Positions 49,568 through 58,930 of a stretch of 64,000 nt of DNA are shown here, in pieces. Numbering within the stretch: position 1 is the stretch's first letter; the number at the start of each line of letters is the position of its first letter. The translations under genes were made by a program, and so were the position numbers. The stretch covers positions 1 to 64,000 of IMG/VR virus record IMGVR_UViG_3300046665_000434. One strand, 5' to 3'. Source of the DNA: a virus. The notes beneath the pieces were generated by a model. That model saw nothing but the letters and a program-made list of their open reading frames with translations. It was not told where the DNA came from and did no database searches.

Positions 49568-50109
49568 GTAATCTCGTACTGATGCAGGATGATCGAATCT
49601 CAATCCCCACTACCCTCATGAAGACCAACGAACTACCAACCCGGATTGCGGTCGATACGTTGATGCTTCCGGCCGGGTTGGTCATTCCGTTGGAGTGGAA
49701 CTACGGCAGTGTTGTGGACTATCTCGAAGGTAACTACAATACCGAATGGCAGGCACGGTCTGTTCCGGCGTTACTTGTTACGCCAAGTGGTAAGCTTTAT
49801 GAGTTCTTCATTGCCGAATCAAGGGAGCCGTTAGGCAACGAGGATTGTATCTATCCGATCACTGCCAGACGGTTGCTGCATGGTAAGGGTACGCGTTACG
49901 CTCGTGCTCAAGATATTAAACATGAAGAGATCGGCACCATGGCTCTTCACCTAACCGGAGACATTGACAAAGCGTTTGCGTTGGCAAAGAAGGTTGAGAC
50001 AAGACTTCAGTGGAGTTACGAAGTCTGGTCCATCGAAGAGATTACGAAGGCCCTGCATGCTAAGGGCTATACCGAAGACAAACCCTGGGGAAGGATGTTT
50101 AAACAATGA
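49564..50109 (+). CDS. Hypothetical protein, possible degenerate Ntn-fold paralog
   Basis: ALLVTPSGKLYEF and MALHLTGDIDKAFALAKKVE echo segments of the HslV-like genes; ATGA overlaps at both ends. Confidence 0.5.
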   Translation: MSNLVLMQDDRISIPTTLMKTNELPTRIAVDTLMLPAGLVIPLEWNYGSVVDYLEGNYNTEWQARSVPALLVTPSGKLYEFFIAESREPLGNEDCIYPITARRLLHGKGTRYARAQDIKHEEIGTMALHLTGDIDKAFALAKKVETRLQWSYEVWSIEEITKALHAKGYTEDKPWGRMFKQ

Positions 50110-51257
50110 GTATCGATACGCTGATCATTGATGAAGGGCGCCACATCACCATCGACTTACTCGACCTGTCCAAACGGATCGATAAAGTTCCTGCCATGGT
50201 CTATCACATTCGGATGACCGCCGATGGTCGCTCGGTTCTGGCGAAGTCTCGTGATAAGTTTGTCGTCCCGAAGAAACGGTTCGGTAAACACGAGCTCTAC
50301 AAGAAAGAGATCCTCGCTCGTTATCTCGAGTGTAAGGACTCCATGGGCGCTCTGTTCAACGGCCTGAAAGGTGCCGGTAAGTCGATGCTTGCAGAAGATC
50401 TCTGCAACGAAGTGATCAAGATGGGTTATCCGATCATCCACATCGACAGCGAACTCCCGCCGAGTTTGATCCGCAAGTACATGAAGTTCATCGGGCCGTG
50501 CGCATTGTACTTCGACGAGTTCGGCAAGTACTACAAAGAAGAGCAGCGTAACGGCATGCTGACCTTCTTCAGCGACACTTCGCACGAGAAGGTTCTGTTC
50601 CTGGTGACCTCGAACACCACCATGGAGTTGAATGACTTCATGATTGATCGACCTAGTCGGTTCCTGTTCCGTATCAACTTCGATGGCGTGGACGCCGAGC
50701 TGATGACTGAGATCATCGAGGACTGGAAGCTTGAGCCAACTATCAGCGAGTATTTGATCGAGTACTGTAAAGTACATCGGGTCTCGTTTGATGTGATCAA
50801 TGCTATCTCCAGGCCAGCAATGGACAGCCGTACGGTCAAGGAGTTCGCCGATAAACTCAAGGTACTCAACGTCCCTCAGGCGATCTTTCCTCGCATCCGT
50901 GTTCGCAGTGTGATTTACAATGGCGAACCTTGGAAGGGCGATTACAAGGTCGATGAAGAGAACGGGAAGCTGTCTATCCAGCTCTTCAAACTGGGTGAAG
51001 TTGAGGCTGAGTATTCCGGCGAAGTCGAATGGCTGACCGCCAAGAAGATCATGCTCTCCACCGGCGTGTACAACGTCGAGTTTGATGCGGCGTTGACTGT
51101 CAAGCTGAACCGGTCATTCGCACCGTACAAGTTTGCCGCGGAACGCGAGTCGCCGGATTATGATTCTGAAGAAAAGGGTCCGCGGCGCCGTGGCGGATAC
51201 CTGGGTGACGGACACATGCCACCACCGATGATTTCGCCATTCACTAACGGGGGTTAA
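50106..51257 (+). CDS. AAA+ ATPase (classical AAA clade)
   Basis: Walker A GLKGAGKS, Walker B LYFDE, sensor-1 LVTSN, Arg finger DRPSRF. Confidence 0.9.
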   Translation: MSIDTLIIDEGRHITIDLLDLSKRIDKVPAMVYHIRMTADGRSVLAKSRDKFVVPKKRFGKHELYKKEILARYLECKDSMGALFNGLKGAGKSMLAEDLCNEVIKMGYPIIHIDSELPPSLIRKYMKFIGPCALYFDEFGKYYKEEQRNGMLTFFSDTSHEKVLFLVTSNTTMELNDFMIDRPSRFLFRINFDGVDAELMTEIIEDWKLEPTISEYLIEYCKVHRVSFDVINAISRPAMDSRTVKEFADKLKVLNVPQAIFPRIRVRSVIYNGEPWKGDYKVDEENGKLSIQLFKLGEVEAEYSGEVEWLTAKKIMLSTGVYNVEFDAALTVKLNRSFAPYKFAAERESPDYDSEEKGPRRRGGYLGDGHMPPPMISPFTNGG

Positions 51258-51263
51258 TTGACC

Positions 51264-51656
51264 ATGACCAAATACGTCAAAGGTGACATCATAGTTCACC
51301 GTAAAGGTGGGCGGTACGTCGTCGCCTACACGCCAGACGACGGGTTTCGTCTGGAACACAATAATGAGCCAGCGTATGCCTATCGTCGAGTGACTTCGGC
51401 GGGGGTTGTAAACGATACCTGGTTGCGTGGACAATCGGAAATTGAAGACGAAGCTCGTTTTCGTCATCTGTTCCTTAAAATCAATATCCCGGTGACCAAG
51501 AGTCCTCCCGGCCAGTTCGTTTTCATGACCCTCGATATCCTCGGAGCGTTGAAGCAGGTTCTCGATCCGATCCATATCGGCACTCTGATGGGCGATTTCG
51601 TACCAGCCGACGACGGAGCGAATCTCTCGTTCATGGAGGCTCCTGCTCCGGTGTAA
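51264..51656 (+). CDS. DUF1653-like protein
   Basis: G....HRKGGRYVV...E.AYAYR...WLR...F pattern. Confidence 0.55.
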   Translation: MTKYVKGDIIVHRKGGRYVVAYTPDDGFRLEHNNEPAYAYRRVTSAGVVNDTWLRGQSEIEDEARFRHLFLKINIPVTKSPPGQFVFMTLDILGALKQVLDPIHIGTLMGDFVPADDGANLSFMEAPAPV

Positions 51657-51667
51657 CATAGACGATA

Positions 51668-51710
51668 CCATGGAGGGGCTTGCGCCCCTCCATGGATCTA
51701 CTTTCTTTTT
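51668..51710 (+). terminator. Rho-independent terminator
   Basis: CCATGGAGGGGC-TTGC-GCCCCTCCATGG plus T tract. Confidence 0.8.
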
Positions 51711-51728
51711 GTTTCAATGAACTTTATT

Positions 51729-51751
51729 TCAGTCATACATAACGCACATGA
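51729..51751 (+). promoter_or_regulatory. Putative early promoter (ATACATTA family)
   Basis: TCAGTCATACATAACGCACATGA. Confidence 0.55.
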
Positions 51752-51776
51752 ATACACATATCCCCTGGAGATAGTC

Positions 51777-52163
51777 ATGTCGTACCTGAAGATCGCTCTT
51801 GCTGCCGTTGGCGTTGTAGTTGTAAGCGCCGCCGCTATCAAGGCGGTCAAGGTTTACAACGAAGAACTCTCTGAGAGTAAGGTCAAAACTAAAACAACTG
51901 CCGAACAAGCAGAACAGGATATTGCTGACGCTAAAGCTGAGACTGAAAAAGTCAGAGAAGAATGCGAACGCAAGATGAAAGAAACTGCCAAGAACATGGC
52001 GGAAGATAGACGCCAACATGAAATGAAAATGGAGGAGTTGGCTAAGCAAGCAGAAGAGCAAGCCCGTAAGACGGCTATCCGCAAACAAGCACTCACCGAT
52101 TGGGAGGACAGTAAACTCAGTACAGCCGAACTCAATAAAATTCTCATGGACACAACACTCTAA
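51777..52163 (+). CDS. Membrane-anchored coiled-coil protein
   Basis: GGAG RBS, N-terminal hydrophobic helix then charged heptads. Confidence 0.7.
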   Translation: MSYLKIALAAVGVVVVSAAAIKAVKVYNEELSESKVKTKTTAEQAEQDIADAKAETEKVREECERKMKETAKNMAEDRRQHEMKMEELAKQAEEQARKTAIRKQALTDWEDSKLSTAELNKILMDTTL

Positions 52164-52181
52164 TACGTACAGGACATTATC

Positions 52182-52499
52182 ATGTCAGCCATCAAAGTCG
52201 TTTGCCATATCCTCGGGTATGGTGCTGTAGCCGCAGGTTCCTACTACCTCGGACGTTATCAATCCACTGTCCAGCATGATCGGGATGCTGAGAAGTATCT
52301 CAAGTCGAAGTTGGACAAGTTGGCTACCGAGTATGCCGATCTACTGGTGCTGGTCGAGAAGGCCAGTGACAAGAAGCGCGAAGCTCTCAAAGATCGGATG
52401 GAAGCGCTGAAAACAAAGATGGCCGGTCGTCGCGATACGCTGCGTACCGTAACTGAACTTCGCGACGAAATCGTCGCCATCCTCATGGAGTTGACTTGA
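52182..52499 (+). CDS. Membrane-anchored coiled-coil protein
   Basis: AGGA RBS, N-terminal hydrophobic segment. Confidence 0.65.
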   Translation: MSAIKVVCHILGYGAVAAGSYYLGRYQSTVQHDRDAEKYLKSKLDKLATEYADLLVLVEKASDKKREALKDRMEALKTKMAGRRDTLRTVTELRDEIVAILMELT

Positions 52500-52898
52500 A
52501 TGAAATACGTACTGGGCTTCCTCGCAGTTATCGCACTGTCGTTCTCGTCGATGGTCAGTGCCAAGATCATCGAACCTGATCGATTGTCGGCAAAGAACAT
52601 GGGCGTCGACATCAAGATGCATACCGTCAATACCAGCGATTGTGAAAAGTACGCTGATCTGATGCGCGCCTCTGCCGGTCTGCGTGACCAGGGCGATAGC
52701 AAGGACTTCGTAGTCCAGGCTCTGCTCTCCAACGCAGACATCTCCCGCTCTGCCTACCGCGCCCTGCTGCCAATGCTGCTGGTCGATATCGGCGACATCT
52801 TTCGTACATCGGCCATCAAGCCAAATGAAGTACGCGAGATTTACAGCCGTTCCTGCAAAGCGCATATCGGCCAGGAGCTGATGTACGTCGAAGAGTAA
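52500..52898 (+). CDS. Exported protein with signal peptide
   Basis: MKYVLGFLAVIALSFSSMVSA signal-like N-terminus, two Cys. Confidence 0.7.
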   Translation: MKYVLGFLAVIALSFSSMVSAKIIEPDRLSAKNMGVDIKMHTVNTSDCEKYADLMRASAGLRDQGDSKDFVVQALLSNADISRSAYRALLPMLLVDIGDIFRTSAIKPNEVREIYSRSCKAHIGQELMYVEE

Positions 52899-52905
52899 CA
52901 AACGC

Positions 52906-52946
52906 CAGGTGGGGATTCGTCCTCATCTGGTACTTTCTTTTTTTTT
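52906..52946 (+). terminator. Rho-independent terminator
   Basis: CCAGGTGGGGA-TTCG-TCCTCATCTGG plus T tract. Confidence 0.7.
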
Positions 52947-52982
52947 GTTACGATGGCCCGATAGTGTATGGACAACTGAAAT

Positions 52983-53005
52983 ACAGTCCTACATTACAGT
53001 GATGA
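52983..53005 (+). promoter_or_regulatory. Putative early promoter (ATACATTA family)
   Basis: ACAGTCCTACATTACAGTGATGA. Confidence 0.55.
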
Positions 53006-53046
53006 ATCTATCCATCATGAATGTACCAATGACCGAGGAGGTCGAC

Positions 53047-53949
53047 GTGGGTGATCGAGAATCTGAAGCCCCCAACCTTACCCCCGCTGAACTTAGCGAG
53101 TCGATGCAGGCCGTCCGAGCACTCATCCGTCCAGAGGTAATTGGGTCCACCTCGGAATACACCAATAGGAAGCTAATTCTGATGGGAGTGAATGGCGATT
53201 TCGATGGTAACTACCTGTCTGATTTCACTGATGAAGAGGATGGTAGTAACCGTAACTGGAGCGACCAGACTTACGAAGGCACAGCGTACCCGGTTGCTAA
53301 GTTGGTTAATCTTCCGCGATTCATCATGGAAGATACCAAACCGTTCGAGTTCGCACTCTCGTCACAATCTGTACCGGACAACCTAAGGGTTCCTTACGAC
53401 AAGATGTTGTTTGAACTGGGACCTGAGGACGATCGTCATCTGATCGTAATCCACCAGATCGATGAACGCGCAATCGTTCTTTATTACCTACAAACTGACC
53501 AACCTAATCCATTCACGATCGGCATGCGCGCGAATACTTACTTACAGGCAGACGGCTCGCTTGTCATCAAGCTGGCAAAGAAGGTGTTTGATCGAGCGAT
53601 CTCTGAACGTTGTGTCAATACGATCATTGGTTTCATTGCAGAGTTCAGCGTAGGCAATACCATCATTGGTACGCAACCTCGGCCAAAGCCTGAGAACGTA
53701 CCTAACGCTCGTGACGGTCATGCGTATCGAATCGTGCGAGTAGTGATGGGTGTGAAGACTATCGCTCAGCCTTGGCAAGGCGGCACTCACGCAAGTCCTC
53801 GAGAACACGAACGTCAAGGTCACTGGCGGCGCGTCAAAGGCGAGCGGCGTTGGTTCGATGCCGTAACTGTAAACAAAGGCGTACCTGGGCGAGTCGATAA
53901 AGCCTACTACGTCAGCAAAAACAACCCCTCTCCAACTGAGACCCTGTGA
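53047..53949 (+). CDS. Hypothetical protein with HASPREH.R.GHWR motif
   Basis: GTG 53047 after GAGGAGG; C-terminal His/Arg motif. Confidence 0.7.
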   Translation: MGDRESEAPNLTPAELSESMQAVRALIRPEVIGSTSEYTNRKLILMGVNGDFDGNYLSDFTDEEDGSNRNWSDQTYEGTAYPVAKLVNLPRFIMEDTKPFEFALSSQSVPDNLRVPYDKMLFELGPEDDRHLIVIHQIDERAIVLYYLQTDQPNPFTIGMRANTYLQADGSLVIKLAKKVFDRAISERCVNTIIGFIAEFSVGNTIIGTQPRPKPENVPNARDGHAYRIVRVVMGVKTIAQPWQGGTHASPREHERQGHWRRVKGERRWFDAVTVNKGVPGRVDKAYYVSKNNPSPTETL

Positions 53950-54215
53950 TGACGCAAGACACTGAAACAGCCAGCCGTGAAGATCTCGAAGACCGATTCT
54001 TTGAAATCGGCGATACGTTCGGATATCAGCCAGTTGATGACAGCATCCCCGAAGCGACAGTCATTGTCCTCAAAGAGTTCTACGTGTCGGAAACGATGGA
54101 AGCGGCAGACGTAGAACTCAACGATGACGGAACCATCCTCGGCGGAGACCTCAATCGCTGGATCGAATACCTGCTCGAAAAAGGCTTTATCGAAAACGCA
54201 ACTTCTGTCCATTAA
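53946..54215 (+). CDS. Small acidic protein
   Basis: 89 aa, very Asp/Glu-rich. Confidence 0.6.
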   Translation: MMTQDTETASREDLEDRFFEIGDTFGYQPVDDSIPEATVIVLKEFYVSETMEAADVELNDDGTILGGDLNRWIEYLLEKGFIENATSVH

Positions 54216-54249
54216 CTGAAACACCACTACCCACCAAAAGGAAGTACCC

Positions 54250-55149
54250 ATGAAACGAATGCTCCTCTCCCTGTGTCTTCTGCTCACGGCATCGTTTGCC
54301 TTCGCAGATACCGCTCCCCTGAAAACCATGTCGTTCTGCGGCGGCGCTACCGGCGGCTTCTACGACGCCGTTGCCAACCAGATCGGCTACACGCTGAACA
54401 AGACCAACAAAGTCAAAGTCAACGTGGTCAGCACCAACGGCAGCCTCGACAGTGCCAACAAACTGAAAGACGGCGATTGCGATATGGCCATCCTCCAGTC
54501 TGACGCCGTCATCAGTCGTCCGATGCCGATCAACATCACCGTCATCGACGGTCATGAAGAAATGATCTTCTGGCTGCACAGCAAGAAGGGCGTCAAAGAC
54601 TTTGCTGATCTGACCGACAAGGACAACATCAACAAAGGCGTAGCCGTGATTGAGAAGGGCGGCACCGAGATTACCATCCGTAACTTCGGCCGTTCGGACA
54701 AGGCTCTGGAAAACCTGAACGTCATTCCGTTCGATTCGTGGTGGGATGCGGCGCGGGCCGTGGTCGAAGGCACTGCTCGTAACTCCGGCAAACAGATCCC
54801 TATCGCAGGCATGCTGTATATCGGTCGTCCAGGCACCATCCCTCAGGAAATCCTGGCTGACTACAAGGCTGATCTGATCGTCGGTTCGACGTCCGTTGAT
54901 TCTCTGAAGTCGCTCAAGGACGCTAACGGCCAACCTCTGTATACGAACTGTTCGGTTGACGATAAGGCTTCCAACGGCATCACAGTGCCTGGCATGTTCA
55001 CCAACCCGTCGACGTTCTGCCTGAAGGCTCAGGTGGTCTACAATAATGACTTCTTCGCAGGCATGCCTGACAAAGATGCACGGGAGTTGCGTAAAACCGT
55101 TGATCAAACGGTGGTCCGTACATTTCGCATCCAGCAAGGCGCGAAGTGA
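54250..55149 (+). CDS. TAXI-family TRAP solute-binding-like periplasmic protein
   Basis: Signal peptide; GGATGGFY, STNGSLDS...L..G.CDMAILQSDA, E.IF. Confidence 0.78.
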   Translation: MKRMLLSLCLLLTASFAFADTAPLKTMSFCGGATGGFYDAVANQIGYTLNKTNKVKVNVVSTNGSLDSANKLKDGDCDMAILQSDAVISRPMPINITVIDGHEEMIFWLHSKKGVKDFADLTDKDNINKGVAVIEKGGTEITIRNFGRSDKALENLNVIPFDSWWDAARAVVEGTARNSGKQIPIAGMLYIGRPGTIPQEILADYKADLIVGSTSVDSLKSLKDANGQPLYTNCSVDDKASNGITVPGMFTNPSTFCLKAQVVYNNDFFAGMPDKDARELRKTVDQTVVRTFRIQQGAK

Positions 55150-55382
55150 GCGATTCCGCGGAAGATGTAATTCCCCAATATGTCGCCGGTTTGAGACGAC
55201 TACTTCTGTCATATCGCCGACTCACCAACTGCGACATGCCAACCTGGATTAAGTTATCCCAAGTTGGCATGCAGACACTGGCTGACGGTGGGGAAGTAAA
55301 GATGGTGGTGGATTCTAACGGTCCCCGTATAGAGTTCATCATCAAACCTGCCCCCAAGAAACGGGTCAGGAAGAAACCGTAA
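55146..55382 (+). CDS. Hypothetical protein with basic tail
   Basis: 78 aa, GTGA overlap. Confidence 0.55.
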   Translation: MSDSAEDVIPQYVAGLRRLLLSYRRLTNCDMPTWIKLSQVGMQTLADGGEVKMVVDSNGPRIEFIIKPAPKKRVRKKP

Positions 55383-55385
55383 CAT

Positions 55386-55420
55386 CTCGGGGTGGGGAAA
55401 CTCACCTCGAGCTTTATTTT
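55386..55420 (+). terminator. Intergenic hairpin
   Basis: CTCGGGGTGGG-GAAA-CTCACCTCGAG plus T-rich tract. Confidence 0.6.
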
Positions 55421-55454
55421 CAGTATGCTGCACTTTTATAACGGAGTATAAAAC

Positions 55455-55613
55455 ATGGCTAAGAAAAGCAAGCAGGCTATCGCAATTTTGATCATCCAGT
55501 TACTGCCGGTGGTCTTGCTCATCGCTGCATTTATTTATCAAGCCGCTACACGAGAAGCCTCTCTCGGCGATAAGATCGGCGAACAAATCCAACTAAGAAT
55601 CAGCAACCGCTAA
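55455..55613 (+). CDS. 52 aa membrane peptide
   Basis: Below cutoff; GGAG RBS; one TM helix. Confidence 0.55.
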   Translation: MAKKSKQAIAILIIQLLPVVLLIAAFIYQAATREASLGDKIGEQIQLRISNR

Positions 55614-55622
55614 GGAGTAGTT

Positions 55623-56138
55623 ATGATTACCTACAGTACAATTCGAGACGACGGTATACCTGGCATCAATCTCTGGACCATTGAGAAATCACTCAAAGTC
55701 TTACTCGAGTGTGAGATCGCCTTTGGCGGTACGATAACTCGTCTTGATGAGACTGTGGTCTGTATCGAGACCAATGTAATGGGCTGTGTCGACAAGTCTC
55801 AATTCTCAGGCAGTCCTGAAGACATGAAACTACTGGTAACTGCTGCGATATATGCAGCCGAAGTGCGCCACCACTTTGTTCACGGCGAAGGCCGCGCCGA
55901 GGTTGTAAAAGAAGCCATGGAATTTACCGAAGGTAATCCGCGACTGCTGGATCTCAGCGCTGAGATGATACTCGGCGGTAAGCTCATCAACATCGTCGTC
56001 GTTGCTGTCCTGGCCGATGGGGAGATGGACCGCGTTGCAGAGCTGAGGAATATTCCTCTGGGTACTCTGTACGCCATGTTGTATCTGCGTGCCAGCGAAG
56101 GCTGTTCCTACGAGGAGCTGATGGAGCTGGCTGCATGA
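55623..56138 (+). CDS. Hypothetical protein
   Basis: 171 aa, AAGGAG RBS. Confidence 0.7.
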   Translation: MITYSTIRDDGIPGINLWTIEKSLKVLLECEIAFGGTITRLDETVVCIETNVMGCVDKSQFSGSPEDMKLLVTAAIYAAEVRHHFVHGEGRAEVVKEAMEFTEGNPRLLDLSAEMILGGKLINIVVVAVLADGEMDRVAELRNIPLGTLYAMLYLRASEGCSYEELMELAA

Positions 56139-56581
56139 ATAACCCAGTACGGAAGTATCGTGAGGTGACGGTAATCGCTAAGCGTAATGTCAGTATTTGG
56201 GGGAAAGTGTATCCGACCGTACGCCAGGCTGCGAGGGAAACTCGTATCAGTCCCAACTCTATCTATCGCTACATAGCGGACCCTAATAAACCGGCGTTCT
56301 TCTTTGTTGATCTCGGCATGCCAGTTACTCACCGGGTCGCCAACAACGAAGGAAGGGAGCATTCGCCGGAAATAAGGGAGAAGTATCGTAAAGCAGCTCT
56401 GATGCGAGAAGCCCGCAAACGGAACGAGGCTATACCGATCAGTGTCAGGGGCGGGATCTATCAAACTACTCAGCTTGCAGCAGATGCTACAGGCTTGAGC
56501 CCTAGGACGATCAATCGGTATCTTCGAGATCCGAGTAAAATAGACTTCTTTTACGTGGGCGGCTACACCCCAGTTGTCTAA
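56135..56581 (+). CDS. Tandem NUMOD1-like HTH protein with NUMOD3-like linker, no nuclease domain
   Basis: Two repeats (VSIWGKVYPTVRQAARETRISPNSIYRY / ISVRGGIYQTTQLAADATGLSPRTINRY) flanking HSPEIREK. Confidence 0.7.
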   Translation: MNNPVRKYREVTVIAKRNVSIWGKVYPTVRQAARETRISPNSIYRYIADPNKPAFFFVDLGMPVTHRVANNEGREHSPEIREKYRKAALMREARKRNEAIPISVRGGIYQTTQLAADATGLSPRTINRYLRDPSKIDFFYVGGYTPVV

Positions 56582-56638
56582 GTTGATGATTGATGTGTAC
56601 CAATGCCGTTTTTATTATTCACTAGCGGAGCAATATTC

Positions 56639-57139
56639 ATGGACACTTTCAGCATGTACGCCAACTATTGCGCCTATCTGTTAATCGGTAAGCCAGTACT
56701 GACCGTCTACGAGTTCCTGAAGTCCCTCAGCCTGAAATGGCGGATGAACTACCTGATGAAGAAGTACGGCGGTATCGAGAGTACGCCCGATTCGAAGTTC
56801 CCAACCATCAGCACCTCAGGCCTTGGCGATATCGTGTTCCACCACGCCATGAAAGAGATGGCTAAGCTCACCGGAATCAACCTTGAGACCCATCCGGTAG
56901 GTTACGTGATCTGGCGCTGCCTGAGCTATAACTTCGCAACACCTCTAGCGCTCAAGGAAGCGATGGATCTGCTGCGCGCCAAGAACATCAATAGGGCCGT
57001 GTACGACCACTTCTACCGGTACGAAGCTATCCCGCCTCACGTACTGGTCGATATCTCTGCTGAACAAAAGCAAGAGTTCGACGACTGGTTCGCCGGCAAG
57101 ACCACCGTTATGTTTACCCCAACCCAAAAGGATGCATGA
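56639..57139 (+). CDS. Hypothetical protein
   Basis: ATG 56639 after GGAG. Confidence 0.65.
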   Translation: MDTFSMYANYCAYLLIGKPVLTVYEFLKSLSLKWRMNYLMKKYGGIESTPDSKFPTISTSGLGDIVFHHAMKEMAKLTGINLETHPVGYVIWRCLSYNFATPLALKEAMDLLRAKNINRAVYDHFYRYEAIPPHVLVDISAEQKQEFDDWFAGKTTVMFTPTQKDA

Positions 57140-57732
57140 GTATGTTGAACCGCCTGTATTTTCCAATCTCCAAGGATGATGATGTCGCGCTGAACGTCCT
57201 CGAACTCGAACGCATGGGACGCAATTCAATGCCTACCATGGCCGCCGATGGTTACAGCGCAACGGCCTTGGGTAATGGCTGGCATGTCTTCCAGCAAGAT
57301 CCTGAGCTGTACAAGAAAGATATCACCGAGCATCTGACCCTGGTGAACGGCCGCACCGGCCAGCAGATCCAGATCAAGCTGGATATCAAGGCACCCAAGC
57401 CTCGGACGATGATCGATATCATGCCGGACTTCGATACCTTCAGCTCAGAGCTGGAACAGATCTTCACTTGCGATGAAGACGGTTACGCCCTGAGCTGGCA
57501 GGGCCTGACCAAGGAGGCTATCGCTAAAGGTCAGCAATTCCACTACATGCGTATCGAGAACAAGATGTTCTCGGTTGACGCCATCCGGCGCCTGTCCGAA
57601 AGCCACGATATCAAGATCGGGGCCGGTACAGGTGGCGCTGATTACACCCGGTTCCCTGAAATGGCGGAGGAGTGTAAGAAACTTATCTCGGCCTACGACG
57701 CGATGGTCTCTACGCTGAAGGGGGTGGAATAA
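57136..57732 (+). CDS. Hypothetical protein
   Basis: 198 aa, ATGA overlap. Confidence 0.7.
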   Translation: MSMLNRLYFPISKDDDVALNVLELERMGRNSMPTMAADGYSATALGNGWHVFQQDPELYKKDITEHLTLVNGRTGQQIQIKLDIKAPKPRTMIDIMPDFDTFSSELEQIFTCDEDGYALSWQGLTKEAIAKGQQFHYMRIENKMFSVDAIRRLSESHDIKIGAGTGGADYTRFPEMAEECKKLISAYDAMVSTLKGVE

Positions 57733-58286
57733 TGACAATGATTGACGGTTCCATCTCCATCGAGAAATGGAGCGACGCTCACCCGGAGTTGGATGTAGGC
57801 TCTGTTGTCAGTAGCCCGACGGATGCAGGAGCAGCAGCCCGTGAACGGCTCGCTGCTCGCGCTCTGCGTAAAACCAAATGGTTCCTGAAATGGACCTTCC
57901 TGACTACTATGTTACTGGCAATTGCGGTAGTAACAGGGTCAGGTTGGTGGGTGTATGAGCACCGTCATCAAGGCTACGACATCGTCTACCGCAACTGCAA
58001 ATGGAAACTGGGCGATTCGGAACTCACCGGCACGCGCACCTACAGTTATCCTTACCAAGAGTATCTAGGCTACCGACTCATACAGCGCGATGGCGTTGAA
58101 GAGAAGACAGTCGTTACAGTCAATGGCGGCGGACTTACCGTCATCGGACTCAAAGATACTGACTTCTGGGTCAACAACGTGAAGGAAGGCGAGCGGGGTC
58201 CTGTCACCCTGAAGGACGCCAACAACTACGTCTTCCAACAAGGTAAGAACTGGGCAGCGGCGAAGTATTCCGAATTCTGTAAATAG
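57732..58286 (+). CDS. Single-pass membrane protein with periplasmic beta domain
   Basis: TM helix about residues 52-74. Confidence 0.7.
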   Translation: MTMIDGSISIEKWSDAHPELDVGSVVSSPTDAGAAARERLAARALRKTKWFLKWTFLTTMLLAIAVVTGSGWWVYEHRHQGYDIVYRNCKWKLGDSELTGTRTYSYPYQEYLGYRLIQRDGVEEKTVVTVNGGGLTVIGLKDTDFWVNNVKEGERGPVTLKDANNYVFQQGKNWAAAKYSEFCK

Positions 58287-58311
58287 AACAACTTATAACG
58301 ATAGGTTAGCA

Positions 58312-58536
58312 ATGGAACGTTTTGTTGGAGCGGGTGTAGTCTCTGCGCAAATCATCGCAATGCACGTCACCCATCAACTCACTTGGGAGATCACGCAATT
58401 TCTGCTGGATTGTATTAACACTAGCCTCAAGTACCCTACGCTTGAGATCATCAATTGCAACAGTCGCGAAGAACTCTGCCTGACCTACGGGAAAGGTAAA
58501 GCTGTCTTCGTCCCTATAGAGGTCAGTAATGCCTAG
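58312..58536 (+). CDS. Hypothetical protein
   Basis: 74 aa, AGGT RBS. Confidence 0.55.
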   Translation: MERFVGAGVVSAQIIAMHVTHQLTWEITQFLLDCINTSLKYPTLEIINCNSREELCLTYGKGKAVFVPIEVSNA

Positions 58537-58930
58537 CGATATCAAGACATTCATTGGCGACAAGTTTGACAGAGAACTCCGTCAGCGGTTTGAAGTTCTG
58601 GTTGAAGAGAATCAGATCCCTCTCGACCTGTTCCGTAATGAGCCTAACCAGCAAGTATTGGCGCGGTTCATTACCGGACAAATGGCTGAGGTACTCACTG
58701 ACATCGGCCGCCCCAATGCCCACATCGATGGTGCCATCTACATGTTCATTCTCCATGTACTGGGGTCTGAAAGCATCGGTGACATGCTTGATGGTGGTCG
58801 CACTGCCGAAGTGAAGGCTACCGGTCTTGCAGAGGCCTATGCCTTTGACATCGGTGAAGAAAACGAACCTCCCCGTAATGAAGCACCTAAGGTGCTCTTC
58901 GGCGGAATCAAAGATGAGACTAAACCATGA
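58529..58930 (+). CDS. Hypothetical protein
   Basis: 133 aa, GAGG RBS. Confidence 0.65.
   Translation: MPSDIKTFIGDKFDRELRQRFEVLVEENQIPLDLFRNEPNQQVLARFITGQMAEVLTDIGRPNAHIDGAIYMFILHVLGSESIGDMLDGGRTAEVKATGLAEAYAFDIGEENEPPRNEAPKVLFGGIKDETKP

Noticed and set aside
55340-55382. SV40-like nuclear localisation signal PAPKKRVRKKP
   Set aside because: Basic tails are common in this region and there is no basis for importin-type transport in a bacterial host
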